A stretch of 64,000 nt of DNA from Hyaloraphidium curvatum SAG 235-1 (lineage: Eukaryota; Fungi; Monoblepharomycota). A program made the translations under genes and the position numbers. The notes below the pieces were generated by a model that searched no databases, had not been told where the DNA came from, and saw only the letters and a program-made list of their open reading frames with translations. The stretch is taken from positions 744,001 through 808,000 of the forward strand of contig JAIVFI010000001.1 of NCBI GenBank assembly GCA_025558095.1, in the 5' to 3' direction. This document shows, one piece after another, positions 20,536 to 33,434 of the stretch (position 1 is its first letter; the number at the start of each line of letters is the position of its first letter).

Positions 20536-23500
20536 TCAAGTCCAAGAGTCGCGCAAGCCTGCGATCCGGGCCCTCGCGCGGGCCGCGAGCTCCTCCGCAC
20601 CCGCTGCGTCCGGGAGCAGCGCCGCGATCGTCCAGTGTTCGAGCTCCGCCGCGGTCCTCTCGGCGCCCGCGAGGGGATGCAGGCCCGGCGGCGGCACCGC
20701 CTCGGCGGGGCCGGCAAGCACGCGAGAGACCAGGCTGAGGCGCCCGCGCAGGCCGCCCGATTCCAGGCCGGGGTGCGCGAAGAAGCCCGCCACGAGGTGC
20801 GAGGAGGCCGAGTAGTCCCCCGAGGAGACCAGCGAGGCGACAATATGCTGCAGGAGAGCACGGTAGGGAGCCGCATCCGCCCCGCGGGGGATCCGCAGAA
20901 GCGTCCCGCACGCCGCCGACCGCAGGGATTGAGGGACGAGATGCAGGAGGTCGCGCAGGGCAACCAGAATGTGCAACAGACGTTGGTGCCGCGGGGCAGG
21001 GTTCTGCGAGGAAGAGAGGTGCGCGCGCAGGCGATCCAGGGTGCCTGCGTGGTGGGATAAGAGGCCCGTGGTAAGGTAAGGCCCGTCGTCTTCGCCGCCG
21101 TTGAGAAGGATGGACAGAATTTCCTGTTCCTCCTGTTGGCATTGGGAATAGACCTTGTCAGATCGAGAAGCCAAAAGCTGAAGTCCACGCACCTCCTCGG
21201 TAATCAATGCTGTCCGCCTGTTGGAAAGCAAGATCTCGTAGACCGCGCTCGCCATGCCGCGGCCTAGGAGCCATTTCAAGAAGTATGCCCATCCGGCGTG
21301 CAGGTAGTCGGGCAGCACGCCTTCCGCCCCGTCCGCCTCTTCGTCCGTAAAGTCGTCCAGCACCGCACGCAGGGCGTCGATCTTGGCCGGGTCCTCCTGC
21401 TCCAGTTCCTCCAGCAGCGACAAGACCACGTTGAGCCGCTTCTCCGTCTTCGAAAGATCGGACGCCGGCACTTCCTTGCCGAAGGCGTCGCGGATGACGG
21501 CCTGCAGGCGTAGAGCCCGTAGCTCGGTCACTTCCTCCTCCTTGAGGACAAAGTCGCGGTTGACGACGGTCATGATCGTGCGGCGACGGGCGGGTTCGAG
21601 CGAGGCGTCGCCCGACAGGGCACGGAGGGCACCGATCATGGCTTCCTCGAGTATGGCGAGCCATTGGTACTCGGCGGGGGGCAGGTCGGATGGCGTTTCG
21701 TAGGTGATGACGGAGGAAACGATTGCCGACAAATTGGGGAGGGAACTAAACGCGTGATTAGTCAAGCTCCTGTAGTGGGTCGACACGGCCATACCTGTCC
21801 GGATCGACGGAGGCCGCTTCTTTGAGAGCATCGCAGTAAAGTTGGCTGGTGTCCAGCTTCTCCACCGCGGCGGCACCGAGATTGGGAACGCGGGCAAGGG
21901 CGGTGACCACGCCGTGGACAATGTATGGCGAAAGCCGGTCTCTGACCATCGCCTCGCAAACCATAACCCACTGTGCCGAGCTAATGTGAGCCCGCGGACC
22001 AGGATTATCGCAGGTTCCACCCACGGTTTCGGGATCCGAGAAAGCCGAATCTATCCGAGTCAGGAACTCGGGCCCCAGCTTTGAACCCGTCGAGGGGTCC
22101 GTCAGACCAGCACAATCAGCGACAGCTTTCACATGGTTGAAGATGGCTTCTGCCGCAACCAGTTCAGCAGCATTGTCTGTGTATCGTTCGCGGAACAGGT
22201 TGACGGTCTCGGAAGCAAGAGAAAGCCGATACTTCAGAGGAATGCGTTGGGCCTGCGAAGCACGATGAGGCGCGAGTTCAAGCGTTACGCGAAAAGAAGC
22301 ATCATACCTCTTCGCCGACCCCGACAAGACGGCCAAAGGCCGAGAGCTCCGGCACCAACATATTGCTCAATAGGTGCTCACAGGCCACCAACTCCGTCTC
22401 CGTGCGTCTGGAATCTCCTTCCGCCAACGCCCGCTGAAGCAGGGTCTCGGCGTGCGCTAGCGAGAATGTGCTGACGATGCCGCCGAGGTCCATATCCGTG
22501 GCTGCGTTGAGCTCGTCCGCGCCCTCGTCAGGTAGAATTGCGCAGAAACGGAGATCGAGGATCCCAGGCAGCACCGCAACGACAGGTTCCGGTGAGATCA
22601 GGTCGCTGCACATGCCAGCGAGGAGCGACACCATCCCTTTCGTATCTCCGTAATTTGCCGCGACGAGAACGCGAAAACTGTGCCGCTGGAGCCCATCGAC
22701 TCCTACAAGGTCCGCCAGCAGAGACTCCCGCCCATCCAGCTGGATCGACTCGGGAGATTCGCCGGAAATGAAAGAGCGCAAGAAGCGGTAGTACGTCAGA
22801 AGCACTCCGTATGCGTCACCCGGAATCCTGCCATGGATGGAGAGCAACGAAGGCAGGATCGAGTCCGTGTCCTCCAAGACAATCTCGGTAGTCAACCGTA
22901 ACCTTTGATCCATTGCTTCGCCTTCCAGACCCGAGTCCAAAAACAGCCATGAAAGGTAGGCGGAGATGAGGTCGGCCCGGCTCATTGACCAGGTGGCGCC
23001 GAGGAAGAGACCGTTCGAGAACCATTGAGCGTCTCCGATCTGCAAAATGCGGAGAATCGCCTCCTTCCTGTAGCCGTCTTCTTCCTCAAAGCGCGAGCGG
23101 GAGATCGAGAAACGATCGCAAGCAATCTGGAAGAAGAGAATTGGCATGCCGCCAGGCACCAGCTTGCAGGAAACCCACCTGCAAAAGCTGGTCTTCACGC
23201 TTGGAGCGAAGCGCCTTGGAAGCGCGGCGCACGTTTTCAACAGCTTCGCGCGCCGCTGCAAAGCCCGGTTCTCCACTTTTCTCCGCACGAACCAATGCTG
23301 CCTCCCAGGCCGGATCGCCCGCCAGCTGACCGATGAATCGCATGACTTCGTAGGGCGAAAAGCTCCTGGGCACCAGATCCGCCTTGGTCGAGTCCGCCAA
23401 ATCAGTCAGGCTCCTCAATGAGTAGTAGTACAGAGCTAGCTGCTCGTTGAAGGATGAAGGGTACAGCCTGTCAAATACCGACTGGGCCGTTTCCTCCTTC

Positions 23501-26500
23501 GCAGTGTCGAGCAAAAGACTGACAGCTCCGGCAGTATCGACGGGCAGAACACCAAAGGCGAGCGAGGCCAGGGTGCTTTCGGCGGTGCCGGCGTTGGTTT
23601 CGTCCATTGTCGCCAGCTTCAGCAGAACTCTGTCCGCGGAGCGCCTCAGGGTCGTGTTCTGCTCGGCGCGCTCCTTGCGCGACAAATGCTGCAGATCCCG
23701 GGGTTTGTCCACAGCAAAGAACCCGTACGCAGAATTAGCCGCGTCGGGCGTGGCATGCGCCGCACGGTAGAATTCCGACTGCACGACACCCGACGCAGAG
23801 TCTTCGGCAGTGCTGAGGTCCGCTGGAAGGAGAGCGAGCGTGGCCTTGATGTCCTCCAAAGCCTGCGAGGCATCAAAAGGGACCGAAGAACCCCTCCTCC
23901 AGATGACCGGAACCGCGGCGTCAGACGACTTTCGAAGCCCGTGGACCACTGTCCGGGCGGGATCAGACAGCTCTTCAACCCGAAGCATCTGCTCGAGACG
24001 AGCATGCGTTTCCAAAAGCTCGGCAACTTTGTCCTCGGGACTGAGGCACAAAGCAAAGCTCACGATGTCCAGGCGCACGTCGACGTTGGAAAACTTGTCC
24101 GCGGAGCCGAGACGGTAGCAAACCGACCAAACATCCCGGGGAAGCAAATCCAGTTCCAAACCGCTGCTCCGGATGCCGTTCATCATGTTGGAGCACAGCT
24201 CCGACGCCTTGACAAAGTCGCTGTTGTCCAGAGCAGCTTCCACTAGCATGGCCTGAACGTGGGCTTCGGCACGCTTGTTGCCGCGGTACCCCAGGCGGTG
24301 TGCCAAGGTGACGATCCTGTCGGCGCGATACGGCGAGTTTCGGTCCGACCTTATCCTCTTTTGGACGAGATCCAGCCGGTCCTCGCACAGTCTAACCTGA
24401 ATAGGAAGGATGTCGAGGCCCTCCTTCAGCCAAACTTTGTAGCGGAACAACTCGTCCGTGGCGAGGATCAAGTCCAGCTCCTTCCGAATCCTTGGCGTCT
24501 GCGGAATGATTTCCAGACAATCTTCGGCCATTTTGAGCCCTCCTTCCGTCCTCTCCCCGGACTCGGCGTTGTCGAAGAACTCCGAAGCGGCAGCGAGAAC
24601 CAGTTCCTCCGCGACTTCATCTGGCAACGGATAGGCGTTGCTAGCTATCAGGTCCTTCGCCGTCTCGAACTCTCCAGCAGCAAGGACCGAAGACAGGATT
24701 TCCCGGTAGATGACGCTCGTGTCGATCTTGTCCAAAACCCCGAAATCCTTGAGGACGAGGAGATCTCCAATGAGCTTCTCGGCGCGCGTTGCTTCCTCGT
24801 CCTCCTCCCGATCCCCGATCTGCCCCGTCCGTCTGCGTCGAGGTGCCCTGCGCGCAACTTTCTTCAGCAACGCGAGTTGCTTGTCCGCGTCGGACTCGAA
24901 GCCGGCCAGCGCCGACGGAGGAACCGAGACCCCGGCCCGCGACAGTATCTCACAGCACACGAGGTGGTGATCCAGCGCCCTTATCCTTTCGGCGTACGGC
25001 CCAGCGAGGTCATCGCCGGCGACAAGCAGTTGCCTGCCCCCTTCGGGCTTGGGCACACTGCGCTCGAGTCGACTTATCTCGGGGAGGCAATCAAACATCC
25101 GGTTCATGAACGCCATGGCGTGGTCGTCGACGTCAGGACACAGATAGCAACAATCGATGATCAGTTCCGTAATGTCCTCGTCTGAACCAATGCGAAGGAG
25201 TTCCAAAGGTTCGTCGGATCTGGATGTCGCCGCTTCAACAATCTCGCAGCAAAGCTCCAAGCGCCGGTCAGCGGCAGCCTCTCGCAACCAAGAGCGCACA
25301 ATGACCTGCGAGTCAGCCACCTTCCCGAGATCCTCCCACCGTCTTCGAACGACGTCAGAGGGGTACGAGAGGACCTCCCGCACTGCAGCAACAATGTGGT
25401 CCGCGTCGACGTTTGCCAGCATCAACCGTACCACGTCCTTGGGCTCCATGGATTCGAACGTCGCAAGAGACAGCTTCCCTGACTCGGCCGAACCTTCCGA
25501 AACGGTCTCGTACAAAAGGTGGCAGAGCGTCCGGAGGTTGTCCCGCAAGAGCAGCATCTGCGGATCAATGACGCCACAGTCGTCGACAGCGACCTCGGCC
25601 AGACTGAGCGCGGTTCGCTCAAGCCCCGATTCGACGTCGACCGAACGGATCCGTTCGATGAACCAATCGCGTACCGCCTCCCCGGAGGCCGGATATGGTC
25701 TAACGGGCTTCCCTTCGCCGATCGGCGGCCCACCGAGGCCGCGCTCCAGGAACGCAACGACTCGTTGATCCTCAACCCAGTCCGGCCCATCTCGCCAAGG
25801 ATGTTCCTGCCAGGGCTCCTCGTTGCCCTCTGCCGTGACTCTCGGCAGCAGCACACTGTACGAGACCGGGTCTACCGTCTCGGGTACGACTTTGAGAATG
25901 TCGAGTCGGTGCGGGAGCAGTTGTTCGCCATGCCGAGTAAAGAGGACCTCGAGCGCGTAGAAGTCGCAGCGAAGCGCGCGATCGGCGCACTCGCTCAGCA
26001 GCTTCCGGTCGCGAAACCTCGTAAACCCGGCCGCAAACTGAGGCCAAGCTTTCCCCTGGGGCTTGGAGGGCATTCTGCGGAGGCTTGTGAGGCCAATTTC
26101 CGAAGAAGAGGTCGTCCTGGGAAGTCCATCTCGAGCCCGCGACTTTCGTCCGGGGCCAATGAGTTCAAAAGTCCGCAAGCGGTCCAAGTAGATGAGGATG
26201 TCGGTCCGGTAGCGGCACATATCAACCATCAGCATGTCGGATCCAAACTCCTCGCCCTCTTCCAGCCGGCGGCTCTCGATCTCGAGAAGCTCGAGAACGT
26301 CGTCCACAAGCATGTCCCCTTCCAACCCCGTTTTGCGCAGGCCGAACTCGAGCAGAGCGCGGCACGTCTCGGGATCGTCAGGTACCCGCCCGACGCATGC
26401 TTCCATGACGAAGTAATCGTCGCGGATCCTGCCCAGGACGTTGTCGATGGACTCAACGGTAACCTGTTTGGGGAGGTCGCTTAGCCGCAAGAGCCAAGAT

Positions 26501-28561
26501 CGGGACAGCACGCACCTCGTTGGTTTCGAATTGCGCCTTGTAGACCGGATCGCTGTCCAGGTTGAACGCCGCACACAGGTCGAGAGCCGCGGCGTACTGC
26601 CCATGCCGGATGCGGTTACGAAGCGCCTCTTCCGGGTTCGTGACCTCGATGGTGCAATAGTTCAGCCGAGGTGGCTTCGGTTGATGGCCTGGAGGGGGAA
26701 CCAGAGTGTCTTCCGTTTCCCAGTGCCACAACATGACGTTCGTAACGAGTTTGATGGGGCCGGTGACAATGTTGGAGGCAGCGTCCGAGTTTGGGCTCTT
26801 CTTCGGCTCGTTTGTCGCGTCCTGATAGGTAAGGAACATGGCGCTTTCCGGTTCGACAGCAGCAACCGGTGGCGTTGGGAACCGGAGATTGAGGACCGAA
26901 CGCGTCTCCATGTCCGCAAAAAGGTCGACCAGCATCACATGGCCCGTGTCAAAGGTAAGGAGGATTGACTGCGGGGACCACCATTGCGCCGATGTCAACA
27001 AGGGCAGGTTCAAAGGATCGGTGGCGCCTTGCTGTCCTTCCGCAACGGATACGATCCGGCTCGCAGCGCTGGCAACAGAGGTGACGGATGTCACGGTGCC
27101 TGTGCGAGACGACGATTTCAGGTCACCGCGTCCGAACTCGTCGTCATCGGACCATTCCCCGGCATCGTCAGCGTCGTGACCCTGTTCGGCGAGGTCGCCG
27201 TCCCCATCGGCCGGAACTCGGCGGACCCGCAAGAGCTCTGCAAGGTTCTCCTCCGGAAGATAATCGACGAGGCCGGCAAGCTCCTCGCGGCCGTATTCTC
27301 GCACGCAACGTCCGGTCGCATAGCTCCAGATGCGGAGCTCGCCCGCCGAGCCCACGGTTGCGAGTAGCTTCCTGTCTGGCGCGAGCGAAGCTGAAAGGAT
27401 AGTTAGCCGCGGCGAAACAAGCTCCGTCGCCTTGTCCAACACGCCTGCCAGCTTCGAAGCTATGCCGCTCGACGGAGAATCGGGAGCACCGCCACCAAGC
27501 TTCTCGTACCGCTGCCGTGCACCACCGAGGCGCCAAAAGGACAGATCATCCTGCGCGCTTGGGGAAGAGCGCGGTCCCGGTCTGCCGCACAGTACGAGCA
27601 CTTTCGTGTCCCGATCGACCAAGCCGGCTGCAACGACGGTGTGGTACGGGGCGAACGAAAACGCATGGTCGAATCGTACGATGCCCATGGCGTCGTCGGA
27701 GCCCTCCTGAAACACGGTGACCATGCTACCATACGCCTGGTCGGAACCCGGAACCCGCGCAGGAACAGTGATCCGGGAGCCGTCGATCAAGTAGGAACGA
27801 AGGAGGCCGTCGTAACCGATGACGAGGAGCTCGGAGGACGTTCCGGCCGCCAATTCCGCACTTTCGGAGCTCTCCCGGCGCAGAGACGGGTCGGCAAACT
27901 CGAGAACAGCAACTGGGTCCAGAATACCGACATTGCCCATGGCGAAGCTCCCTCCCGACCTGCTGTCCACGAAGTGCCGGCGACGGTCCCTCGAAGGCAG
28001 GTCCGACGGACCCTCGGGGCCCTCATTCAAGATCGTCGCCAAATGGTGGCCTGCAATGCTTACGACGTCCACCGCTCCGTCGCTTCCGGCCACCGCCACG
28101 AGCTTTGAATCGTGCGACCACGCGAGCCTCCTCCACGGTCGGAATGGGTCGAAATCGAGCTCCACAGTCGCCAACGGCCTTCCGAAATCAAAGTCCGTGT
28201 CCCGTTTCGCGATTTCGACGCGGTCGTCCTGCAGAAGAGCAAGGAACTGTCCGCACGGAGACAGAGCTATCTGCCATGGGCACTGGTTGATGCGTTCCAA
28301 GGCCCGTATCAGGGTTCTCGTCAGCGTTCGGGACACCACGAGTCCCTCGGAGATGGAAGCAACGCCAGCGGCCGCGTGTCTGAGCCATCGCGACGCGATT
28401 CCGGGGAGCTCCAGGAGCGACGGAGCAGACGCCTCCCTGGTACGCGCGTCGGTCGCGTGGCGGCGCAACGACGCGAATCTTTCGAAGTCCGTCTCCCATC
28501 GGACGCGCGGAACGAGCTCAAAGAGGCTGCCAGTGCCCTCCAGGAGCACCGGCTCGTCCAT
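20536..28561 (-). CDS. NBAS: NBAS / Sec39 (Dsl1/NRZ tethering subunit), roughly 2,500 aa, about 6 introns
   Basis: N-terminal propeller-like region (DPFRPWRRLAWSHD), YAAALDLCAAFNLDSDPVYKAQF, YLDRLRTFE, HRLDILKVVPETVDP, EFFDNAESGERTEGGLKMAEDCL, LPIQVR. ORFs 26453-28561, 23086-26604, 22302-23288, 21758-22336 and 20536-22020 join via GT-AG introns. Confidence 0.85.
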
Positions 28562-28636
28562 CGCGGACACTCTGCGCTTGCGAATCCCTTGGACCCGCGA
28601 AGAGCCGAGGACGCAGCGCCCTTTCGCTGAGCTACG

Positions 28637-30216
28637 ATGAAGCTCCTGTGGACGTCGACGAAGGTCCACTTCTTGGAAATGCTGTTTAGCTTGTGAGGCG
28701 GCCGAGCTCATGGGCCGGTTCCGGGGTGACACGCGTGACCGCTTCGCAGCTTCGACTACCTCGTCAGGGGGCTGGGCCCTCTCCTGATCATCTTGGCCAT
28801 CGTTCTGATCGGCGGCTGCATGTATCTGTACTTTGCGCACGTCCTCCCGCTCAAGTACCCGGCCGCGACCCCCCTGTCGACCTTTGGGAGCGTGGTCTAT
28901 GCCCTGGACGTGCTCTTTGCGATCTACCTCTCCGTCTGCATCACGTTTCACTACACCATGGCCGTGCTGATACCGCCGGGTGACGTGACGCGCGCGGACG
29001 CGGAACGGTGGGCGGCTCTGGAGGAGGACTTGGCCGAGAGCGGTATCGGCCTAGAGGGCGGCGCCCTCCCGGGAGTTGGCCCGTCCGCGGCCAAAGGAGA
29101 GCGCATCGGTGTGGGCTCGTCGGGCTCCAGTGGCGCCAAGAAGGCGGCAGACGGGAATGGCGAAGGATCTTCGGCCGCCGTGCCGGATGGGGCGGGGGAA
29201 AGCACCGACAGCGTGAACCTGAACTTGGTCTTGCGGGACGAGGACGCCCTGGACGAACTGCTGCCCGAGTCATCAAATCCGCGGCAGAGGGTCACGGATG
29301 CTTTTGCGCCGCGACCGGGCTTCTTCGCCCGGCTGGATCTCCAGCGCTTCGTTTCTCCGCCCTACTCTCCCGCGGAGTGCCCGAGCTACGTCAAAGTCGG
29401 GGCCTTTACGAAGCCATTCTCGACGCCGCTGGACGATAACATGGGATTGGGGCTCACTATCGGGGACATTTCCGTTCGGAGCTTGCGGGGAATGAAGTAC
29501 TGCAAGAAATGCCGACTGCCCAAACCGGCTCGTTCGCATCATTGCTCGGTGTGCAACAAGTGCGTTCTCAAGATGGATCACCACGTGGGTTCTTGGCAAG
29601 ATGGGATCGTTGGATGCCAGCCGCTAACGGATCACTCGCCACATCCAGTGCCCCTGGATTGCCAACTGCGTCGGCCACCACAACCACCGTTACTTCTTCC
29701 TTTTCCTCTGCTACATGTCGTTCACGTGCTACTACTACGCCCTGGCGTCGTGGCCGGCGTTCTACTCCGCCATCAACACGTCGGTCACGGACACGACGAT
29801 CTGGCCGAAGCCGGCCTTCCGTTCGCTGATGGCGTTTTCATGGGTGCTGGCGACGATCATCGGGCTCGCCATTGTTGGGCTGTGTTGGTGGCAGCTCTTC
29901 CTGGTGCGCACGGGCCTGACGACGATCGACTACTACCAATGGCGCGACGCGGTCGACGCGGGCAAGGAGCACAATATGGTCGTGGAGAACTTCTGGGATC
30001 TGGGCGGTTGGCGGCAGAACTTTTCCTGGTTCTTCTACGTCGGCAAGGCCCAGTGAGTCGCGGCGGCCTTCCTCCTGTGTCGCGCTGACCAGGTTGCGCA
30101 GCCCCTGGTGGCATGTCCTCATTCCGCAGGTTGTTCCGGCAAGATCGGACGGGACGTGGTGGCCGACAGTTTACGACGTGCGAAGGGCTTCTGCAGGAGA
30201 AGCAAGACAAAGCTGA
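28637..30216 (+). CDS. DHHC palmitoyltransferase (ZDHHC16-like), 3 introns
   Basis: ATG 28637 (MKLLWTSTK...), intron ~28693-28750; YCKKCRLPKPARSHHCSVCNKCVLKMDHH|CPWIANCVGHHNHRYF; TTID; WDLGGWRQN; TGA 30214-30216. Confidence 0.88.
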
Positions 30217-30268
30217 ATCTAGTCGATACCCAAGCTTTGTGTACAGAGAAGGAAGAAGGAATCCGCGA

Positions 30269-30949
30269 TCACCCCGATAGGTCCTTCACCTCCTTTTCCA
30301 AACGGCCGATTTCGATCTGGAGTTCGTTCCACCGTTGGAGGTCCGACGCCATCTTGGCACAACGCTGAGCGTCGTCCTCTGTTTTTGCGTCGATCCAACA
30401 ACGGGTGAGCCTGCTCGGCCAAACGCGCCTCGTGTCGTCGACGCAGTCGGCCAAACATGCCTTTATCGAGCATCAAGACATTTGGCATCAGGCAGAAAGG
30501 ATCAGCAAGGGACGGAAACCGACCTTATACGCGCCTTCCGCGACGGCTTCCACGATCGTCGACTGAATCCCGTCCAGATTGCGCGTGAACGCACTGACGA
30601 CCTCGCTGAACGTCCCCGTGAACAGGCTCTCGACCTCGCGTTCGATGGCGACGAGCGGGTCCTCCTCGCGCTGCAGCTTCGAACCACGAGGCGTGTCCGG
30701 TTTCGCAGACGCCGGAGCCGAGGAACTGGACGTCGACGAGAACGTGAATGATCCCGTGGGCACCAAATTGTTCAAAGTGGATCGGAAGGGGCTCCTGATG
30801 GTCAAATCGACCATCGAACGGCAGGCCAGGATGCAGTCGCCCTTGGAGGACTCTTGGTACGCCTGGTTGCGGTCCGAACCCCGAAGAGCCCGCAGCCGGT
30901 CCAGCACGTTCTGAGCACGCGCTTGCGCATCGTCCCCGATGCTCGCCAT
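30269..30949 (-). CDS. Small uncharacterised helical/coiled-coil protein, about 2 introns
   Basis: ATG 30949 MASIGDDAQARAQ...; exons joined by GT-AG introns with branch sites; ends ...EIGRLEKEVKDLSG*. Confidence 0.55.
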
Positions 30950-31214
30950 CGCGACGTGTCCTTGTGGAGTTGAACTTCCGTAATGCCTCTCAGCAGAACT
31001 GAATCCAGCTATAGCTCTGCGTTGGTGCCGTCCCACCACGCTCAGTTCTCGAATGGCCCTTTAGACGCCTTCGTCGCGTAGCGACAGTTTGCCCGAACCA
31101 CTTTGAACGCGTTTCTGGGGCGTCCGGCGTCGAGAGGCCCTCTCCTGCGGACAGCGAGTTCGCTCCGCACCCACCTTCCAACGCCTGCCCTGCATTCATT
31201 GGCCCCCCGACACG

Positions 31215-31990
<776 letters not shown>

Positions 31991-32220
31991 GAGATCTCTG
32001 ATTCCAGGAATGCCTTCGTCAACGATGTAGAGACGGGACTACTGAAGCATGGTCGCGAAATCGAAAGCTCAACGGCATCACGGACGGCCGCGACGTCAAC
32101 CCCGCAGTCCGCCCGATTGCGACCGCACAACAACGAGCTGCGGACCGGGCGAGGGAGAGGGACGAGGTGCGGCGCCCAAGAACGAGTCCATTCCGGATCC
32201 CATACACGCCGCCTCCCCCT

Positions 32221-32976
32221 TCAGAGCTTCGGCGCCGGGCCGACCTCAAAGTCGAACACCGTCGCCGAATCCGGCACCGACGCCGGCCTGAGGTAGGTCA
32301 GCACGTTGTCCTGGTGCGCCTTGTGCGGGCCGTACACGTCCAGGTCCTTCTTGGACGCGAACGACGAGTAGAGCACTTTGACCGGGGCGGTCAGCACCCC
32401 GCCGGACCTCGAACAAGCGGCGACCCACCGTGGTTCGCGCCCGTCGCCTTCCCCAGCACCGGCCCGGTGTAGATGATGTCGATGGGCAGCTGCCCCGACC
32501 CGCTTTTGCTCTCCTTGACCAGGTTGTCCGCCCCCGTGCGCCACTGCGCCTCCTTGCCCTTCTGCACGTTGAAGTTGACGATGTGCACGAGGCCGTATGC
32601 CACGCGGTCCTGTTTGCCGCGGGCGGGGCCGGTCAGCAACCCGCGCCGGGCGGGGAGGCGGCGCGGCGGGGCCCACCGCCACAAAGTCGCAGATGAACGA
32701 CTTGTCCACCAGCTTCCCCAGCTTCTTGACGTAGTCCATGTGCGGCTTGCTGGGCCCGTACGCCTGCAGGCTCTTCTCGTCCTGCGCGACGATGTAGAGG
32801 ATGTACGTCAGGCCCTGCGCCCGCTCGAGGTTGTGGTGGATCGGGCCGTGGTACGCCCCGCGGACGCCGGGGATCTGGCCGGCGGCCATGGCGGCGAAGA
32901 AGGTGCCGGTTTGGGCGTGCAGCTCGGCGTCCTGGCCGGCCTTGGGCCGGAACGCGACGACGTGGATGATGGGCAT
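32221..32976 (-). CDS. Tandem Dabb (stress-responsive alpha+beta barrel) protein, about 2 in-frame introns
   Basis: Two similar units: IIHVVAFRPK...LQAYGPSKPHMDYV and LVHIVNFNV...LDVYGPHKAHQD..FDFE. Confidence 0.7.
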   Translation of the reverse strand: MPIIHVVAFRPKAGQDAELHAQTGTFFAAMAAGQIPGVRGAYHGPIHHNLERAQGLTYILYIVAQDEKSLQAYGPSKPHMDYVKKLGKLVDKSFICDFVAVGPAAPPPRPARVADRPRPRQTGPRGIRPRAHRQLQRAEGQGGAVAHGGGQPGQGEQKRVGAAAHRHHLHRAGAGEGDGREPRWVAACSRSGGVLTAPVKVLYSSFASKKDLDVYGPHKAHQDNVLTYLRPASVPDSATVFDFEVGPAPKL

Positions 32977-33434
32977 TTCGGGGGTTTGGGCAGGGGAGGG
33001 CGCGGGGCGGGGTGCGGGGAATGGGAGGGCGGAAGGTGCGGAGCGCGATGCGGGGAAGGCAAAGGCCGGGAAGCGGGGAACGAGAGGTGGGAGCGACGCG
33101 GTGTCGGAAGTTCAGCGGAGCCGACCCGATCGGCGCTGGGGCAAATCCCCGCCGCATCCGATCACCTCCACCTCCGCCTCGCGTGCAAGATGATGAGAAA
33201 ACAACGAATGCAATCGCGATGCCCAAAGTACAGACAATCCACTGATGACCACATGCAGCTCCCCTCGGGGTTCTAGTCTATCTCTCCGTCCGGCGAAGAT
33301 CGTTGATGGTGATAGCAGAACCCGTCGCTCGATGTGATGCAAAATGTCAGGCAGGCAGGCAGGCAGAATCATGCGGAATCCGGCACGGGCGTCGACCCGG
33401 CGCGTCGTGTCTTGCGTGTCGTCGAGGTCGGCGA

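Noticed and set aside
6626-30216. Functional cluster of nucleotide-sugar transporter, two DHHC enzymes and the sulfotransferase-like pair
   Set aside because: The genes are separated by unrelated housekeeping genes and the DHHCs belong to different subfamilies; no evidence of linkage.
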